Source: Octopus sinensis
Lineage: Eukaryota
NCBI RefSeq assembly: GCF_006345805.1
Contig: NC_043017.1
Coordinates: forward strand, 32,364,001 to 32,428,000
Direction of reading: 5' to 3'
DNA length: 64,000 nucleotides
The notes below the pieces were generated by a model, which ran no database searches, was not told the DNA's origin, and saw only the letters and a list, made by a program, of their open reading frames with translations. This document shows positions 60,306-64,000 of the stretch, piece after piece (the stretch's first letter is position 1; each line of letters starts with the position of its first letter). The translations under genes and the position numbers were made by a program.

Positions 60306-60794
60306 CAGATACATACATACATACATACATACATACATACATACATAGGTGTGTGTGTATTAGAAGTAAAAGGTATTAAAATAAATCCAGGTAGATATCA
60401 ATAAAGCACTCAATGTTAAGCAAATCCAGATAACTATATCCAATAATCCAATAATCCAATAATCAGAGGCCAATAAATGCAAGTAGAATAATCATCAAAA
60501 GTAATTCCTGATGTGTGGCAAGTAAATCCAAATATTGTTTAGAAGGATTTCTTGAAATTTGGAGTACAAGGCAACTAGAATAAGAATGGAGAAAACCACG
60601 TCTTTAATTACAGATTACACCATTCAATATCAATAATTGTATCTGTTATGTCAGCATCTTTAGATGCAGTAAACAGCAGCCAAATTGATGCATATTCGAA
60701 AATATGTGTTAACGCAGCATTATTAGGGTGAAGCAAAAATTGGTTAAATTCAGGGTGAACTAAGAAAATATCTCTGGTGGATGATCACAAAGAG

Positions 60795-61355
60795 TATGTT
60801 AAGAAGAAATCTTCATCCTCATCTTCCTCCACCACCACCACCACCTCCTCCTCCTCCTCCTCATTTTCCTCTTCCACTTCCACTTCCTCTTCCGCTTCCG
60901 CTTCCCCTTCCTCTTCCTCCTCCTATTCCTCCTCCTCCTCTTCTTCCTCTTCTTCCTCCTCCTCTTCTTCCCCTTCTTCCTCCTCCTCCACCTCCTCCTC
61001 CTCCCCTTCTTCCCCTTCTTCCTCCTCCTCTTCCACTTCCACTTCCTCCTCCTTTTACTCTCCCTCCTCCTCTTCCTCTCCCTCCTCCCCTTCATTTTCC
61101 TCCTCCTCCACCTCCTCCACCTCCTCTTCCTCTCCCTCCTCCCCTTCATCTTCCTCCTCCTCTTCCCCTCCCTCTTCGTCTTCATCTTCCTCCTCCTCCT
61201 CCACATCCTGCCCTTCCTCCTCCTCCTCCTCCTCCACCTCCTCTACCTCCTCCTCATTTTCCACTTCTTCCTCCTCCTCCTCCTCCTCCTCCTCCTCCTC
61301 TTCTCCCTCCTCCTGCTCCTTCCTCACTTCTGCCTCCTTGGCTTCCTCCACTGAA
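60795..61355. repeat. (CCT/CTT)n polypyrimidine array
   Basis: Directly visible. Confidence 0.95.
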
Positions 61356-61568
61356 ATTGAGTAACTTCGAGGCTTTAGTGCAAATTCAGGGTGCACAACC
61401 TAATGGACCTATGATGGTACACATACATGCATGCGTGCATGTATGTTTATATGCACACATACAATGTGTATGTGTGCATGAATTTCTGTATATTTGCATG
61501 AGAAAAATAATAGGTGTCTGTGTGTTTGTAATGGGAGAGAAAGAGATGGAAGGAAATTTATCTGGAAT

Positions 61569-61708
61569 ATATTTCTTTACTGCCCACAAGGGGCTAAACA
61601 CAAAGGGACAAACAAGGACAGACAAAGGGATTAAGTCGATTACATCGACCCCAGTGTGTAACTGGTACTTTCTTTATCGACCCTGAAAGGATGAAAGGCA
61701 AAGTCAAC
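61569..61708 (-). mobile_element. SINE family B, 5'-truncated
   Basis: Tail and core motifs. Confidence 0.85.
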
Positions 61709-61984
61709 AAAGAAAATCATGTCAAATTGGGTGTGTGCCTGAATGTGGGTATGTACGTGTGTATGTGTGTGCGTGTGTGTGTGTTTGCATATACTTGCAT
61801 ATATATATGTGTGTGTATGTATCTAAAGGAGAGTGATACATAGAGAGGGAGAGAAGGAGAGACGAAGAGACTGGAAAGATGCAATGTAACGTTGTTTGAT
61901 GAAGGTGACAGTCATAGTAACAAGGGTGATGGGGGAGGTTTTTTATTTTTTGTACTCAGAGTGACAGCAAAAGAGAGTTGGTCA

Positions 61985-61994
61985 TGATAGTGAC

Positions 61995-62052
<58 letters not shown>

Positions 62053-62480
62053 ATGATGATGATGGTGGTGGTGGTGGTTATGATGATAATGATGGTGGTG
62101 GTGATGATGATAATGATGGTGGTGGTGGTGGTGGTGGTGGTGGTGATGATGATGAGGATGATGAGGATGATGATGATGATGATGACGATGGTGATGATGA
62201 TGATAGCACTGATAACAATAATGAGGACAAGGATGATGATGATGATGAAAGTGACATCAATAACACAACGATGGTGAGGCAAAAGAGGAGGAAGCTGATG
62301 AGGCAGAAGAGAGGGAGGAGGAGGCAGAAGAGAGAGACGAGGAGGAAGAGGAGGAAGGGGGAAGGGGGGAAGGAGGAGGAGGCAGAAGAGGGTGAAGGAG
62401 GAGGAGGATGCAGAAGAGGGTGAAGGAGGAGGAGGAGGAGGCAGCAGAGGAGAGGAGGAGGCGGAGGAGGAGGGGAATAT
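61985..62480. repeat. (GAT/GGT)n and (GAG/GAA)n arrays
   Basis: Directly visible. Confidence 0.95.
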
Positions 62481-62952
62481 TCTGCTTTTATCGTTATACA
62501 TTAGGAGGTTGGAGGAGGAGCAACAAAGAAGAGACATTAAAGTTTTTGCGGGTGTATAAATATGTGTGTGAGTGATTGTATGTGTGCGAAAAAGGGGAGA
62601 ATGAAAATATGTGTATATAGATGTATAGAAAGAGAGAGAGAGAGGGGGGAGAGTGATGGGAGAAAAGAAAGAAGTAGAATAACAAAGAAATAAAACAAAA
62701 GGTATAAGAAAGTGTATAATATATACATGCATGCATGTATTCACTATACATACATGCACATGTATATACATAAAAAGATATATATGTATATATGTGCTTA
62801 TATGTATATATAGGTATATGTGTGCTTGTGTATAATATATATGTGTGTATGTGCATATATATGCATGTGTGTGTATACATATACATATATGTATGTGCAC
62901 GTTTGCATATATATATATATGTGCATGTGTGTGAGTGTATGTGTGTGTGTGT

Positions 62953-62989
<37 letters not shown>

Positions 62990-63313
62990 GACGTGCACAC
63001 ATTCACACAGGTGTTGGGGAGGAGCATTTTCTTTGTGGAACTTTCCAAAGCTCTCCATTCTTGACATATTATGTTTTTGACAAGACAACTGATCCTCATC
63101 AATTCTTGTATTGATCAATTCCTCTAAGGGACACTGCCGAGAGAGCCCTGGCTACACTGTTTGCAATGATGAGCCCTACCCCACCCCCATTTCTCTTCTC
63201 GCTAACTCTCTCACTAACTCTGTGTAAACACACACACACGCTCATATATACATATACATATATATATACACACACACATATATATATGTGTGTGTGTGCA
63301 TTTATATTATGTA

Positions 63314-63382
<69 letters not shown>

Positions 63383-63534
63383 TATATATATATGTGTATA
63401 TATATATATATATATATACATGTATATGTTTATATATATACATATATATATATATCTTGTGTAACTATATACATACATATACATATATGGTAGGCACACA
63501 CATATAGATAAATAAAAAAATTGTTGATAAATAA

Positions 63535-63536
63535 AA

Positions 63537-63568
<32 letters not shown>

Positions 63569-63569
63569 T

Positions 63570-63637
<68 letters not shown>

Positions 63638-63638
63638 A
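63535..63638. repeat. (GATA)n/(GA)n microsatellite
   Basis: Directly visible. Confidence 0.95.
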
Positions 63639-64000
63639 CATCGGCTCTCTGACAATGTTGTTATTCCTAGCCAGAACATCCGTGAAGGTTGCCATAATAC
63701 AAGTTAGATTCATTTAGTAACACATCCTAAACACCTGGATATTCCCTGGTAATATCATATATTACAATAATGCTGGTGGTGATGAAGGTGGTGGTTAGGG
63801 TTAGGGTTAGGGTTAATGGTGGCGATGATAATAAAGATTATATTAGTGCTGGTGATGATTGTGCTCTGGTTGTAGTTGTTGATGATGATGGTAATGATGA
63901 TGTATTTATAAAGGTCAGATGCTGTGGTTTTGTTTTCTTCTACCACTCTACAACAATTCTAAGAATTCTATTTATTATGTATGCTTATATATGTCTATAT

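Overview
This is AT-rich, repeat-saturated animal genomic DNA. It most likely comes from an octopus or other cephalopod; that assignment is an inference from the SINE families and microsatellite load, not a database match. I find no intact protein-coding gene, rRNA, true tRNA gene or CRISPR array, and nearly all long ORFs in the track are microsatellite or SINE artefacts. The window contains about 50 SINE-like copies in at least 6 families (labels A-F are mine), decayed Tc1/mariner elements (mariner and DD37D/maT), MITEs, two non-autonomous Helitron-type elements, LINE fragments (RTE, Tx1/L1-like, CR1-like) and two decayed Neptune-type Penelope-like elements (PLEs). The main signal is 13 type-I hammerhead ribozyme (HHR) motifs in about 9 sequence families, carried by short elements docked in (TA)n tracts, many with fold-back ends. 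Supporting observations are helix-I covariation across three copies, one copy whose 5' end sits exactly at the predicted cleavage site, a 470-nt retrozyme-like unit with terminal direct repeats, a TIR-flanked HHR, and one HHR pLTR still attached to a PLE RT/GIY-YIG ORF. All folds, alignments and translations were done by eye, and edges of diverged repeats are approximate.
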